Below, piece by piece: positions 1 to 9,537 of a stretch of DNA of 64,000 bases (position 1 is its first letter; each line of letters begins with the position of its first letter). This DNA is from an uncultured Chloroflexia bacterium (lineage in GTDB: Bacteria > Chloroflexota > Limnocylindria > Limnocylindrales > CSP1-4). The notes beneath the pieces were generated by a model that was not told the origin of the DNA, did no database searches, and was given only the letters and a program-made list of their open reading frames with translations. A program made the translations under genes and the position numbers. The stretch covers positions 96,001-160,000 of the forward strand of contig CAVVCZ010000005.1 in assembly GCA_963746845.1 (NCBI GenBank), in the 5' to 3' direction.

Positions 1-1
1 G

Positions 2-127
2 TTGATCGGGACGACGACGCCGCTGCAACTCGTGACGGAGCGGATCGCCCGGGCTCGCGGCACGAACCCCGACCTGATCCGTCGCGACGACCCGCTCTAC
101 CGGGACGCCGCCGCGGCGGCCGGCTGA
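2..127 (+). CDS. 3' end of an SIS-domain (GlmS/AgaS-like) sugar isomerase, truncated by the window edge
   Basis: Frame 2 reads ...LQLVTERIARARGTNPDLIRRDD...AG*, resembling the SIS C-terminal LQL...A..RG.D/NPD motif; TGA at 125-127. Confidence 0.6.
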   Translation: MIGTTTPLQLVTERIARARGTNPDLIRRDDPLYRDAAAAAG

Positions 128-131
128 CGGG

Positions 132-1103
132 CTAGAAGAGCAGCTCCGCCATCTGGTCGATCATCGCAAGGTCGCGCGGGACGAAGTCCTGGAGCATCAA
201 TCGCTCGGCCCCGGCGTCGGCGAACGCGTCGACCATCGCCCGTGCCGCGTCGCGCGTCCCGATCACCCAGCGTCGCTCGCGCGTCCGGAACCACGCCTCG
301 CCGCCCTCGACGTTGTCGAACGCCCGCAGGAGGTCGCCCTTGCGACGGTCCAGCTCGTCGTCGTCACGGCCGATCAGGACCCCGGCCATCACGGAGCGGG
401 CCATCGTCGACGGGTCGCGTCCGATCGCCTCGCAGGCGGCATCGAGCGCGGCGAACTTCTCGCGCGCGGTCGACGGGGACGACGACGACAGGTTGAACTC
501 GTCCGCGTAGCGGGCGGCGATCCGCATCGAGCGGGGCGATCCCTCGCCGCCGGCGAGCAGGCGCGGGCGGGCGGCCCCGTTCGGCCCGGTCGGGCGACCC
601 GGCCGGCTCACGGGCTTCGGATGGAAGTTGGCGCCCTGGATCGTCACGTGGGTCCCTGCGAACGACCAGCCATCCGGCTCGCCCCACAGCCCGTGGAGCA
701 CCGCGAAGTGCTCCTCCATGATGTCGGCGCGCTCGGCGATCTCGGGGAACGGCAGGCCGAGCTGGTGGTGCTCCTCGTCGTTCCAGCCCGCCCCGAGCCC
801 GAACTCGAGCCGACCGCCGCTCATCTCGTCGACCGTGGTGGCGACCTTGGCGAGGCTCCCGATGGTCCGGAACGTCACCGGCGAGACGAGCGTCCCGAGC
901 CCGATCCCGGTCGTCTCGCGAGCCAGCCCCGCGAGGACCGCCCAGGCATCCGTCGTCGGCATCCCCGCGGGACCTGGGAAGCTTTGGTAGTGATCCGAAC
1001 GGAAGAACGACTCGAAGCCGGCGTCCTCGGCGCGTCGGACGACGGCGAGCTGCTCCTCGTACGAGAGCCCCTGCTGCGGCTCGATCATCAGCGCGAAGCG
1101 CAT
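132..1103 (-). CDS. LLM-class (luciferase-like), probably F420-dependent, oxidoreductase
   Basis: MIEPQQG, RSDHY, GTLVSPVTFR, DEMSGGRLEFGLGAGW and ARYADEFN motifs. Confidence 0.9.
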   Translation of the reverse strand: MRFALMIEPQQGLSYEEQLAVVRRAEDAGFESFFRSDHYQSFPGPAGMPTTDAWAVLAGLARETTGIGLGTLVSPVTFRTIGSLAKVATTVDEMSGGRLEFGLGAGWNDEEHHQLGLPFPEIAERADIMEEHFAVLHGLWGEPDGWSFAGTHVTIQGANFHPKPVSRPGRPTGPNGAARPRLLAGGEGSPRSMRIAARYADEFNLSSSSPSTAREKFAALDAACEAIGRDPSTMARSVMAGVLIGRDDDELDRRKGDLLRAFDNVEGGEAWFRTRERRWVIGTRDAARAMVDAFADAGAERLMLQDFVPRDLAMIDQMAELLF

Positions 1104-1151
1104 CCGTTCCCTCCCCGAACCAGTTCCTCGCGTTCGACCGAATGATCATGC

Positions 1152-1201
1152 TTGACGCGATCATTGCCTGTCGCTAGATTATTCATGCGATGCGAACAAT
1201 C
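1152..1201 (+). promoter_or_regulatory. Sigma70-type promoter with an overlapping palindromic MarR operator
   Basis: TTGACG (1152-1157), 17-bp spacer, TAGATT (1175-1180); inverted repeat GATTATTC-N9-GAACAATC at 1177-1201 covers the start codon. Confidence 0.65.
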
Positions 1202-1714
1202 ACTGCCCCCGGCCGCTCACCGGCCAGCTCGACAGCCGCGGCGCACGCCAACGCGCTGATCGATGCGATCGTGGTGGACCTGCAAGGGACCATCGGCAGC
1301 CTGCGCTGCGCCGGCACCGGCCGGATGGTGAAAGCCGGCATCAGCATGACCCACCTCCACATTCTGTGGGTTCTCGAGCATCACGGTGACCTGACGATGA
1401 GCCGGCTCGCCGACCTGCTCGACGTCTCGCTCAGCAACGCCACCGGTCTGGTCGATCGGATGGAGGAGCGGGGCCTCGTCGAGCGTGTCCGCGTCCCGAC
1501 CGACCGCCGGATCGTCCTCGTACGGGCGTCGGCGGACGGAGTCCGGATCCGCGATGAGATCGAGGCCCTGAAGCTGGACCGGATGCGGTCGATCCTCGCC
1601 CGCCTCGAGCCGGCCAAGCTCGAGCGGATCCTCGGCGCCGTCACCGACCTGCGGGCGGCCGTCGTCGCGGAGATCGGGACCGACCACCTCGCGGAGCACG
1701 TCCACCACAACTGA
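1190..1714 (+). CDS. MarR family transcriptional regulator
   Basis: LTMSRLADLLDVSLSNATGLVDRMEERGLVER...DRR winged-helix signature. Confidence 0.92.
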   Translation: MRTITAPGRSPASSTAAAHANALIDAIVVDLQGTIGSLRCAGTGRMVKAGISMTHLHILWVLEHHGDLTMSRLADLLDVSLSNATGLVDRMEERGLVERVRVPTDRRIVLVRASADGVRIRDEIEALKLDRMRSILARLEPAKLERILGAVTDLRAAVVAEIGTDHLAEHVHHN

Positions 1715-1789
1715 TCCCGGCCACGGCGCCGGACCCTCGCGGCTGCCCCGCCGCGCCCACCACGCCACCAATTGGAGGAAGGAGCCTCG

Positions 1790-3532
1790 ATGGAATCGTT
1801 CCCCACAGAGAGCGACTGGACCCCCTCCCTCGAGGAGGACCCCGCGCTCGGGCTGAGCCACCGAGCGAAGATGGAGATCCTCTTCGCGGTCATGCTCGGC
1901 CTGTTCCTCGGCGCGCTCGACCAGACGATCGTCGGTCCGGCGCTGCCCACGATCGTGACCCAGCTCAACGGCAACGATCTCTACGTCTGGGCCGTCACCA
2001 GCTATCTGCTCACCAGCACGATCAGCGTCCCGTTCTGGGGAAAGCTCAGCGACCTCTACGGCCGCAAGCCGATGTTCATCATCGGCATCGTCATCTTCCT
2101 GATCGGCTCCGCGTTGTCCGGTCTGTCGCAGACCATGGAGCAGCTCATCCTGTTCCGCGGCATCCAGGGCATCGGTGCCGGTGCGCTGTTCCCGATCGCG
2201 CTCGCGATCATCGGCGACCTGTTCAGCCCGGCCGAGCGCGGCAAGTACCAGGGCCTGTTCGGAGCCGTCTTCGGCGTCGCGTTCGTCGCGGGCCCGCTCA
2301 TCGGCGGCTGGCTGACGGAGAACGCCGGCTGGCACTGGATCTTCTATGTCAACATCCCGATCGGGATCGTCGCCCTCTTCGTCATCTCCCGACTCCTGCC
2401 CACGGTCAAGAACCCGCGGGCCGAGCGGAACTTCGACGTCCTCGGCGGCGTGATCTTCACGATCGCCACGACGTTGCTGTTGATCGGCCTGACCCAGAAG
2501 GGCCTCGTCGATCCGACGACCAAGGCGCTCTACGAGTGGACGACCTGGCAGGTCGGCGGGTTGATCCTTGTCGGTCTCGTCGGGTACCTGCTGTTCATCT
2601 GGGCCGAGGCCCGGGCCAAGGAGCCGATCGTCCCGCTCCACCTCTTCCGGAACCGGACGTACGCCTCGTCGATGATCGCCACGTTCTTCGCGGCGTTCGC
2701 CTTCTTCGGGGCCATCGTCTTCCTGCCGCGCTGGTTCCAGATCGTGCAGAACTTCAGCCCGACCAACTCCGGCCTCGCGGCCCTGCCGCTCGTCATCGGC
2801 CTGATCGGGAGCTCGATCGGGTCGGGCCTGTACGTGGCTCGGACCGGCCGCTACAAGTGGCTCCTCGTCGGTGCAATCGCCCTGATGGGTGTCGCGATGC
2901 TGCTGATGACCCAGCTCAAGGCGGACACGCCGGTCGCGATCGTCTGGCTCTGGATGTTCCTCGCCGGCCTCGGCGTCGGACCGACGTTCGCGGTCTTCAC
3001 CCTCGTCGTCCAGAACGCGGTGCCGTTCCACTTCCTCGGCGTGGCGACCTCCAACCTGACGTTCTTCCGCCAGATCGGCGGCTCGGTCGCCCTGGCGATC
3101 GTCGGCACCGTCTTCGCGACGGGGTTCCAGCAGCAGCTGGTTCCGTCGATCACGGCGAAGCTGACCGCGGCCGGGGCTCCCCCGCAGCTGGTGCAAGGCC
3201 TCCAGTCCGGTGGCGGCGGGTTCGACACGGGCCAGCTGACCGGGACGGGCGACCTCGGCAAGGCGCTCCTCCAGTCCGTGCCGGAGGCCTTCCGACCCGT
3301 CGTCGAGCCGTTCATCAACGACATCGTCGCCGGCGTCCACGTGGCGTTCAGCCTGGCCGTCTCCCAGACGTTCTGGATCGGCGTGGCCGGCGCGGTCCTC
3401 GCGGTCATCGCGGCCCTCGGGATGAAGGAGCTTGCCCTCACCCAGCACACCCCGGCCGAGGCGGCCGCTGCGGCACGGGCCGAGGCTGCCGCCGAGGCGC
3501 AGTCCCGACCGGCGGCTCCGGCAACCGAGTAA
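1790..3532 (+). CDS. MDR/DHA2 family 14-TM MFS efflux transporter
   Basis: LDQTIVGPALPTI, GKLSDLYGRK, GPLIGGWL and WHWIFYVNIPIG motifs; AGGAG upstream of ATG 1790. Confidence 0.92.
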   Translation: MESFPTESDWTPSLEEDPALGLSHRAKMEILFAVMLGLFLGALDQTIVGPALPTIVTQLNGNDLYVWAVTSYLLTSTISVPFWGKLSDLYGRKPMFIIGIVIFLIGSALSGLSQTMEQLILFRGIQGIGAGALFPIALAIIGDLFSPAERGKYQGLFGAVFGVAFVAGPLIGGWLTENAGWHWIFYVNIPIGIVALFVISRLLPTVKNPRAERNFDVLGGVIFTIATTLLLIGLTQKGLVDPTTKALYEWTTWQVGGLILVGLVGYLLFIWAEARAKEPIVPLHLFRNRTYASSMIATFFAAFAFFGAIVFLPRWFQIVQNFSPTNSGLAALPLVIGLIGSSIGSGLYVARTGRYKWLLVGAIALMGVAMLLMTQLKADTPVAIVWLWMFLAGLGVGPTFAVFTLVVQNAVPFHFLGVATSNLTFFRQIGGSVALAIVGTVFATGFQQQLVPSITAKLTAAGAPPQLVQGLQSGGGGFDTGQLTGTGDLGKALLQSVPEAFRPVVEPFINDIVAGVHVAFSLAVSQTFWIGVAGAVLAVIAALGMKELALTQHTPAEAAAAARAEAAAEAQSRPAAPATE

Positions 3533-3575
3533 CCCGCCGCCGCCGCCGCCGGCGGCGGCGCATGCGACGAACCAC

Positions 3576-3609
3576 ACCGACCCCGGCGGGCCAGCCCGCC
3601 GGGGTCGGT
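3576..3609 (+). terminator. GC-rich hairpin after the MFS gene
   Basis: ACCGACCCCGGCGGGC / GCCCGCCGGGGTCGGT perfect inverted repeat; no U-tract. Confidence 0.5.
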
Positions 3610-3678
3610 CCCTGCCCACGGCGCGCAGCGGGCGGGCCGCCGTACGCGCTCGAGGAGGCGCCGCGCTAGGATCGCCCG

Positions 3679-4197
3679 GTGATCACCGACCGACCGACGC
3701 CGCCGATCCCGGCCGCCTATCCCGCCGAGCTCGTCGCGCCCGGGTCCGCTGCCGCCGATGCGGTCGCCGTGGACGGCGGCACGCTCGCGGACCTGCCCGA
3801 GGGATCGATGCGGCGGGTCACGCACGGCGACCTCGACATCCTCATCGCCCACACACCGGCCGGGCTCCTGGCGGTCGACGATCGCTGCCCGCACATGTCG
3901 GCTCCGCTGTCGATCGGCGAGCTGGACGGCTGCATCGTGGCCTGCCCGCTCCACGAGGGGCGGTTCGATCTCTGCTCGGGCGACGTCATCCGGATGCCGA
4001 CGACCGGCGGGCTCGATCCCGACGGGGCTTACCACCCGACCTGGTCGCCGGCCGGCAAGGAGCCGAAGGTCGATCCGCCCGGCAAGAAGGCCGAGGCCCG
4101 CCGGCTCACGCGGGTGCGCCGGCTCCGGTACTACCCGCTCCGGATCGATGGGGGCCGAATCGAGGTCACGGTCCCGCCGGCGGGCACGGAGCCCTAG
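3679..4197 (+). CDS. Rieske [2Fe-2S] ferredoxin-like protein
   Basis: CPH...CPLH Rieske ligands; leaderless -10 TAGGAT 6 nt before the GTG. Confidence 0.85.
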   Translation: MITDRPTPPIPAAYPAELVAPGSAAADAVAVDGGTLADLPEGSMRRVTHGDLDILIAHTPAGLLAVDDRCPHMSAPLSIGELDGCIVACPLHEGRFDLCSGDVIRMPTTGGLDPDGAYHPTWSPAGKEPKVDPPGKKAEARRLTRVRRLRYYPLRIDGGRIEVTVPPAGTEP

Positions 4198-5003
4198 CGG
4201 ATCTCCGTCTCGTCGATGTCCTCGGGATGCGCGTTCGCGACGTCGGCGAGGATGATCCCGACGACCTCGTCCGGGTCGTCGGTGAGCTTCAGGAGCGCAA
4301 GATCGGCCTCGGTGATCGCGCCGGCGGTGAGCTGCGTCGCCCGCATCCAGTCCAGCATTCCCTGCCAGTAGGCCGTTCCGACGAGGACGACCGGGAAGTC
4401 GCGGATCTTGCCCGTCTGGATGAGGGTCAGGCTCTCGAACAGCTCGTCCAGCGTACCGAACCCACCCGGCATGATCACGAACGCGTCGGCGTACTTCACG
4501 AACATCGTCTTGCGGGCGAAGAAGTACTTGAACTCGATCCCGAGATCGACGTAGGCGTTGAGGCCCTGCTCGTGCGGCAGCTCGATGTTGCAGCCGATCG
4601 ACAGGCCGCCGCCCTCGCGACACCCGCGGTTCGCGGCCTCCATGATCCCCGGGCCGCCGCCCGTGATGATCGCGAACCCGCGCTCGGCCAGCCGGCGTGC
4701 GATCCCCCGCGCCAGCTCGTACTCGGCCGCTCCGGGCATCGCGCGCGCGGAGCCGAACACCGTCACGGCCGGCCCGACGGCGGCGAGGGCATCGAATCCC
4801 TCGACGAACTCGCTCAGGATCCGGAGCGCCCGCCACGGATCGCTGTCGACGAAGGCCGGCCGGCCCTCCTCGCGCGACCGCCGCTCGAGGAGCTGCTCGT
4901 CCTCGGTCGTCGCGGGCTTGCCGATCCGCCGCGCGGCATCGCGGCGCATGACCACCCGCCCGGAGCGTCGCTCGGAACCGCTCTCTCCCGTTCGATCGTT
5001 CAT
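4194..5003 (-). CDS. LOG family (TIGR00730-type) Rossmann-fold nucleotide phosphoribohydrolase
   Basis: VFGSAR, TGGGPGIMEAANRG, FFARK and PGGFGTLDE motifs. Confidence 0.92.
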   Translation of the reverse strand: MNDRTGESGSERRSGRVVMRRDAARRIGKPATTEDEQLLERRSREEGRPAFVDSDPWRALRILSEFVEGFDALAAVGPAVTVFGSARAMPGAAEYELARGIARRLAERGFAIITGGGPGIMEAANRGCREGGGLSIGCNIELPHEQGLNAYVDLGIEFKYFFARKTMFVKYADAFVIMPGGFGTLDELFESLTLIQTGKIRDFPVVLVGTAYWQGMLDWMRATQLTAGAITEADLALLKLTDDPDEVVGIILADVANAHPEDIDETEIR

Positions 5004-5035
5004 GGAAGTAGCATCGCATTTCCTTCGGAGACGAC

Positions 5036-5233
5036 ATGCATCGAACACGGGCCATCGTGGCCTTCATCCTCATCGCGATCGGTCTCGTCTGGATCGGCCA
5101 GGGAACGGCGTTCATCAAGGGCGGCGGCTTCATGACCGGCGATCCGCTGTGGGCGTGGATCGGGGCCGCATGCGTCGTCGTCGGCATCGCCCTCGGCGCC
5201 GTCGAGATCCGCTCGCGTCGGGCGTCGAACTGA
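5036..5233 (+). CDS. Small two-TM membrane protein
   Basis: Two hydrophobic helices with GLVWIGQG..GFM..DP.W between them; GGAG upstream. Confidence 0.7.
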   Translation: MHRTRAIVAFILIAIGLVWIGQGTAFIKGGGFMTGDPLWAWIGAACVVVGIALGAVEIRSRRASN

Positions 5234-5236
5234 GCC

Positions 5237-5597
5237 TCAGGCGCGCTTGAGCCAGGCCCTCCAGGCGGCTTCGTCGCGACCGGCGGCCACCTCGGCGCCG
5301 AACCGGACGAGCGGCAGGCGCAGGAGCGCCGGCGTGGCCAGCAGCTCGCTCGACGATCTCGGCCTCGTCCATCCGGAGGTAGCCGAGGCCGGCCTCTCGG
5401 TAGGCCTTCGAGGTCTCGTCGAGGAGCGCCCGCGCGCCGAGCCGCTCGATGAACCGACGCAGCTCGCCGCGGGCGATCGGCTTGCGGGTCAGGTCGACCT
5501 GGTGGATCGCGATCCGGCGCTCCTTGAAGAAGCGCACCGCGGCCCGCGTTCCCGCGTCGCGGTCGTGGCCGAAGATCTGGACGCTCGGATCGGGCAC
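5237..5597 (-). CDS. ArsC/Spx/MgsR family protein with an apparent +1 frameshift near 5346
   Basis: QIFG...TRAAVRFFKER...GELRRF, continuing in another frame as LLATPALLRLPLVR...WLKRA*; -10 TACGAT 6 nt upstream. Confidence 0.75.
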
Positions 5598-5659
5598 GCT
5601 CGGATCGTAGCGGCGGCCCGGGCCCGACGGGTACCATCGCGATCACAGGAGGTGCCCGC

Positions 5660-5920
5660 GTGTCGGTCTGGTTCACGGTCAAGCTCGACGATCGACCGGG
5701 TGCGCTCGCGCGGATGGCGACGGCGCTCGCCGAACGCGGCGTGAACATCGCCGGGATCGTGGGCATCGCCGAGGACACCGACGGCGAGCTGATGCTCGAG
5801 ACGAGTGACGCGGCCGCGACGCGCGCGGCCTTCGACGCGGCCGGGATCAGCTACCAGGCCCACGAGGCGGACGACGGCGACCCGGGGAAGATGTCGATCG
5901 CCGACGTCGTCTCTCGCTGA
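5660..5920 (+). CDS. Stand-alone ACT domain protein
   Basis: VKLDDRPGALARMATALAERGVNI ACT signature; AGGAGG RBS. Confidence 0.85.
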   Translation: MSVWFTVKLDDRPGALARMATALAERGVNIAGIVGIAEDTDGELMLETSDAAATRAAFDAAGISYQAHEADDGDPGKMSIADVVSR

Positions 5921-5944
5921 CCGCAGGGCTCGCAGACCCTCTCG

Positions 5945-6628
5945 ATGTCTCGCACGCCTGCCGCCCCGTCGAACGCGGCCGCCGTCCGTCTGGACGTCCT
6001 CGAGGGCGGCGCGCCCGTCGCCGCGATCGTCGGACGGCTGGCCGAGCTCGGCGGACGGGTCCGGACGGTCGCGACCGTCCGGTCCCTCGAGACCGACCCG
6101 CCCCAGGCCGAGATCGAGATCGAGGTCGACGGCCTGACCGAGGACGAGCTGGTCGACGGCCTCGAAGGACTGCCGGACGTCCGGGCGATCCGCCGGACGC
6201 GGGCGCTCGGCTCGATCTTCGGCAAGCGCGTGATCGTCGTGGGCGGCGGGGCGCAGGTCGCCCAGGTGGCGCTCGGCGCGGTCAGCGAGGCGGATCGCCA
6301 CAACCTGCGCGGCGAGCGGATCAGCGTCGACACGATCCCGCTCGTCGGCGAGGCGAACATCGCGGCCGCGGTCCGGGCCGTCGCGGACCTGCCGCGGGCC
6401 CGGCTCCTCGTCCTGGCCGGCTCGATCATGGGCGGCGACATCAGCACCGCGGCCGACGAGCTGCGGGCCGTCGGCGTGCCGATCATCGCCCTGAACATGG
6501 TCGGATCGATCACGGACCACGTGGATCTCGTGGTCTCGGATCCGGTCCAGGCCGGCACGATGGCGGTCATGGCGATCGCCGATACGGCCACCTTCGACCT
6601 GGTGCGCCAGAAGGGCCGTCGCTACTGA
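5945..6628 (+). CDS. AF1403/DUF5612-like protein (degenerate ACT domain plus Rossmann-like domain)
   Basis: GKRVIVVGGGAQVAQVALGAVSEADRHNLRGERISVDTIPLVGE...LAGSIMGG...SDPVQAG, recognised from memory as the archaeal family. Confidence 0.8.
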   Translation: MSRTPAAPSNAAAVRLDVLEGGAPVAAIVGRLAELGGRVRTVATVRSLETDPPQAEIEIEVDGLTEDELVDGLEGLPDVRAIRRTRALGSIFGKRVIVVGGGAQVAQVALGAVSEADRHNLRGERISVDTIPLVGEANIAAAVRAVADLPRARLLVLAGSIMGGDISTAADELRAVGVPIIALNMVGSITDHVDLVVSDPVQAGTMAVMAIADTATFDLVRQKGRRY

Positions 6629-6655
6629 GGCAGACCGCCAGTCCGTGGCGGACGA

Positions 6656-7154
6656 TCAATCGTCCCAGTGCTTGCCGATGGGGTACGCCCAGTCCCAGAG
6701 ATCGATCGACGGCGGCTCGATCCCGAGGGTCGTCAGCGCGGTGCAGACCTGGCTCCGATGATCCGTCCCGTGGTGGACCGCCTGGGCGAGCCGGACGCCC
6801 CACGTCGCGTGGCTCTTCGTTCCGTCGTCCCGGTGCAGGGTGAACATCTCGTCCGGATCAGGATTGGTTGCGAGCAGGCCCGCCCAGGCCACGTCAGCCG
6901 GCTCCATCGCGGCCCGGAGCGCCGCGACGTCCATCCCGTGCTCGTCGATCTCGGTCACCGTGCCGCTCGTCAACGTGAAGAGGTACCAGCGATCGGCGCC
7001 CACGAGATGCCGGATCGTGTCGAGGATCGAGCCGTACGTGCCGGGGACGATCGTCGCGAGCTGCTCGTCGGTCAGGGCCGCACAGGCGTCCAGGATCTTG
7101 AGCGTCGCCCAGACGTGATGGTCGAACGCGTCGGCGAGCAGCGATCGAGCTCAT
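6656..7154 (-). CDS. DinB family protein with an apparent frameshift just after the ATG
   Basis: LLADAFDHHVWAT...YGSILDTIRHLV...QAVHHGTDHRSQ carries the DinB His triad; ATG 7154 has a GAGG RBS but is one base out of frame. Confidence 0.75.
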
Positions 7155-7294
7155 GGTTCACCTCGCAGCGGGGCCAGCATCGTGTCACGTCGGCGAGTCA
7201 GGACACGACAGGTTCCGCCGCTGGTCGCCGCTTCTGAGTGGAGTTGCGTCTCGATTGGGTCCGGGACTGCGTGCGACAGCCAACGAGCCTGGCT

Positions 7295-8779
7295 CTATTC
7301 CTCCATGTCGATCCAGATGGTTTTGAGTTCCGTGTACTGGTCGTGCGCGTGGACGCTCTTGTCGTGGCCACCGAAGCCCGACTGGCGGAACCCGCCGAAC
7401 GGCGTCGTGAGGTCGCCCTCGGAATACGCATTGACGCCGACGACGCCGGCCTTGACCGCCCGCGCCATGCGATGGGCCGTCCGGATGTTCTCCGTGTAGA
7501 TCGAGGCCGCGAGGCCGTAGTCCGTGTCATTCGCGAGCCGGATCGCCTCGTCCTCCCCGTCGAACTCGATCACGGACAGGACCGGGCCGAAGATCTCCTC
7601 CCGGGCGATCCGCATGTCGTTGGTCGCGTGGTCGAAGATCGTCGGTGCGACGAAGTACCCGCCGCTGTCCTCGCGCACGCGCCGGCCGCCGACCACCGCG
7701 CGCGCACCCTCGGCCGTGCCGGCCGCGATGTAACCGAGGACCTTGTCCATGTGCGCCCGAGTGATCAACGGGCCGACCCGGGTCGAAGTGTCCATCGGGT
7801 CGCCGACGATCCAGTCGCGCTCGACGAGCGCGACGAGGCGGTCGAGCAGTGCCGCCTTCACTCGGCGGTCGACGAGCAGCCGGCTGCCGGCCGAGCAGTT
7901 CTCGCCCATGTTCCAGAAGATCGCGTTGGCGACGCGGTCGGCGACGCGGTCGAGGTTGGCCGCGTCGGCCATGACGATCTGCGGACTCTTCCCGCCGAGC
8001 TCGAGGGCGACCCGCTTGAGGTTCGTCTCGGCCGCGTGGGACAGCACGGTCCGACCAACCTCGGTCGATCCGGTGAACGCGACCCCGTCGATGTCCGGGT
8101 GGCGGGCGATCGCCGTCCCGACGACGCTGCCCGGTCCGGTCACGACGTTCAGGACGCCGTCGGGGACCCCGGCCTCTGCGGCAAGCTCGGCGACGCGGAG
8201 CAGGCTGAGCGACGTGACCTGCGCCGGCTTCATCACGACCGCGTTGCCGGTCGCGAGGATCGGGCCAAGCTTCCACGCCGCCATCTGGAGCGGGTAGTTC
8301 CAGGGCACGATCGCGCCGATGACGCCGAGCGGCTCGCGCACGACCATCGCAACGGCACCGGGCCCGGTCGGGGCGACCTGGTCGTACAGCTTGTCCGTCG
8401 CCTCCGCATGCCAGCGGATCGTGGCGGCGGAGTCCGGGATGTCGAGCGAGCGCGTGTCGCTGATCGGCTTGCCGACGTCGAGCGTCTCGATCCGGGCGAG
8501 CTCCTCGGTATGCGCGTCGATCAGGCCCGCGAACCGGATCAGGATGGTCTTGCGGTCCGCCGGCGACGTGGCCGCCCAGCCCGGCGCCGCGCGACGCGCC
8601 GCGGCGACCGCCCGATCGACGTCCTCGACGCCGCCCTCGGCGACCTCGGCGATCGTCTGGCCGGTGGCCGGGTTCTCGACCTCGTACGTGCGCCCGCTGG
8701 CAGCGTCGACGTAGTCGCCCCCGATGAAGGCCCGGGTGCGGAGGGACGGCGCCCCCGCTCGCTCGATGGTGTCGGTCAT
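7295..8779 (-). CDS. Aldehyde dehydrogenase, PuuC-like (gamma-glutamyl-gamma-aminobutyraldehyde dehydrogenase)
   Basis: PWNYPL, FTGSTEVG, LELGGKSP, NMGENCSAGSR, EEIFGPV and PFGGFRQSG motifs. Confidence 0.9.
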   Translation of the reverse strand: MTDTIERAGAPSLRTRAFIGGDYVDAASGRTYEVENPATGQTIAEVAEGGVEDVDRAVAAARRAAPGWAATSPADRKTILIRFAGLIDAHTEELARIETLDVGKPISDTRSLDIPDSAATIRWHAEATDKLYDQVAPTGPGAVAMVVREPLGVIGAIVPWNYPLQMAAWKLGPILATGNAVVMKPAQVTSLSLLRVAELAAEAGVPDGVLNVVTGPGSVVGTAIARHPDIDGVAFTGSTEVGRTVLSHAAETNLKRVALELGGKSPQIVMADAANLDRVADRVANAIFWNMGENCSAGSRLLVDRRVKAALLDRLVALVERDWIVGDPMDTSTRVGPLITRAHMDKVLGYIAAGTAEGARAVVGGRRVREDSGGYFVAPTIFDHATNDMRIAREEIFGPVLSVIEFDGEDEAIRLANDTDYGLAASIYTENIRTAHRMARAVKAGVVGVNAYSEGDLTTPFGGFRQSGFGGHDKSVHAHDQYTELKTIWIDMEE

Positions 8780-8946
8780 GACGGATGCTCCTTGCGCAAC
8801 GGGATGAGGATGCCGCATGGAGCGGCCACGGCGCGTCGAGTCGCGCTGGACGGGCATGCGCGGCCCGGCCGAAAGCACCGGAAGAGCGTCTTCGCGACGC
8901 CCGGAGTACCGTGCGAAGTCTCGCTCGAGATTGGAGGTCACGACCG

Positions 8947-9501
8947 ATGCGGCGCGGGCTACATGGAACGTTCTGGTGCCCCCTGGTGATCGTCCTCGGA
9001 ATCGTTCTTGGAGGCTGCTCGGCCTCCGTGTCCCCGGCCCCGAGCACCGCGGCCCTGGGCGACACCGGCACGGGCGGCGCAGGCAGCGGCGCCTCGGGCG
9101 GGACGACGACCGGCAACGCCACCGCGGTCGATGCGTGCAGCCTGTTGACGCCAGCCGAGATCCAGTCGGCGATCGGGGTGGCCGTGAAGGACGGCGTCCC
9201 GAACAAGACGGATACCGCCTCGCAGTGCGAGTGGGACAGCCAGGACGACAGCGCCGGCGTCAGCCTCTCCGTGGCCACGTACGACGACACGCTCTACAAG
9301 ACGTTGGGCAGCGCGAAGGACGCGGTGCCGGTGTCCGGGATCGGCGAATCCGCGTTCAAGGGGATCCCGCATGCGGGGGACCTGGCGATCAAGCAGGGCG
9401 GGGACGAGATCGACCTCGGGATCGTGGACTTCACCCTCGACCCGGCGAAGGTCGACGCGGCCGACCTGACCCTGGCCAAGCTGGTCCTGTCCCGAATCTG
9501 A
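8947..9501 (+). CDS. Lipoprotein, DUF3558-like
   Basis: Lipobox LGGC; DACSLLT..EI and CEW motifs; GGAGG RBS. Confidence 0.7.
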   Translation: MRRGLHGTFWCPLVIVLGIVLGGCSASVSPAPSTAALGDTGTGGAGSGASGGTTTGNATAVDACSLLTPAEIQSAIGVAVKDGVPNKTDTASQCEWDSQDDSAGVSLSVATYDDTLYKTLGSAKDAVPVSGIGESAFKGIPHAGDLAIKQGGDEIDLGIVDFTLDPAKVDAADLTLAKLVLSRI

Positions 9502-9537
9502 GCGCCCCCGGGTCGGCGCGTCGCGGGGTCCGGTACG

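Noticed and set aside
5340-5350. Programmed frameshifting in the ArsC-like, DinB or TusA genes
   Set aside because: No slippery sequence is seen, and isolated single-base insertions fit sequencing error better
1217-5778. Very long ORFs on alternative frames (e.g. 1217-3619 -, 2851-5778 -) and similar ones across the window
   Set aside because: Shadow ORFs typical of very high GC DNA: Arg/Pro/Gly-rich, without motifs, and overlapping well-supported genes
8780-8946. Riboswitch in the divergent intergenic region
   Set aside because: No recognisable aptamer consensus
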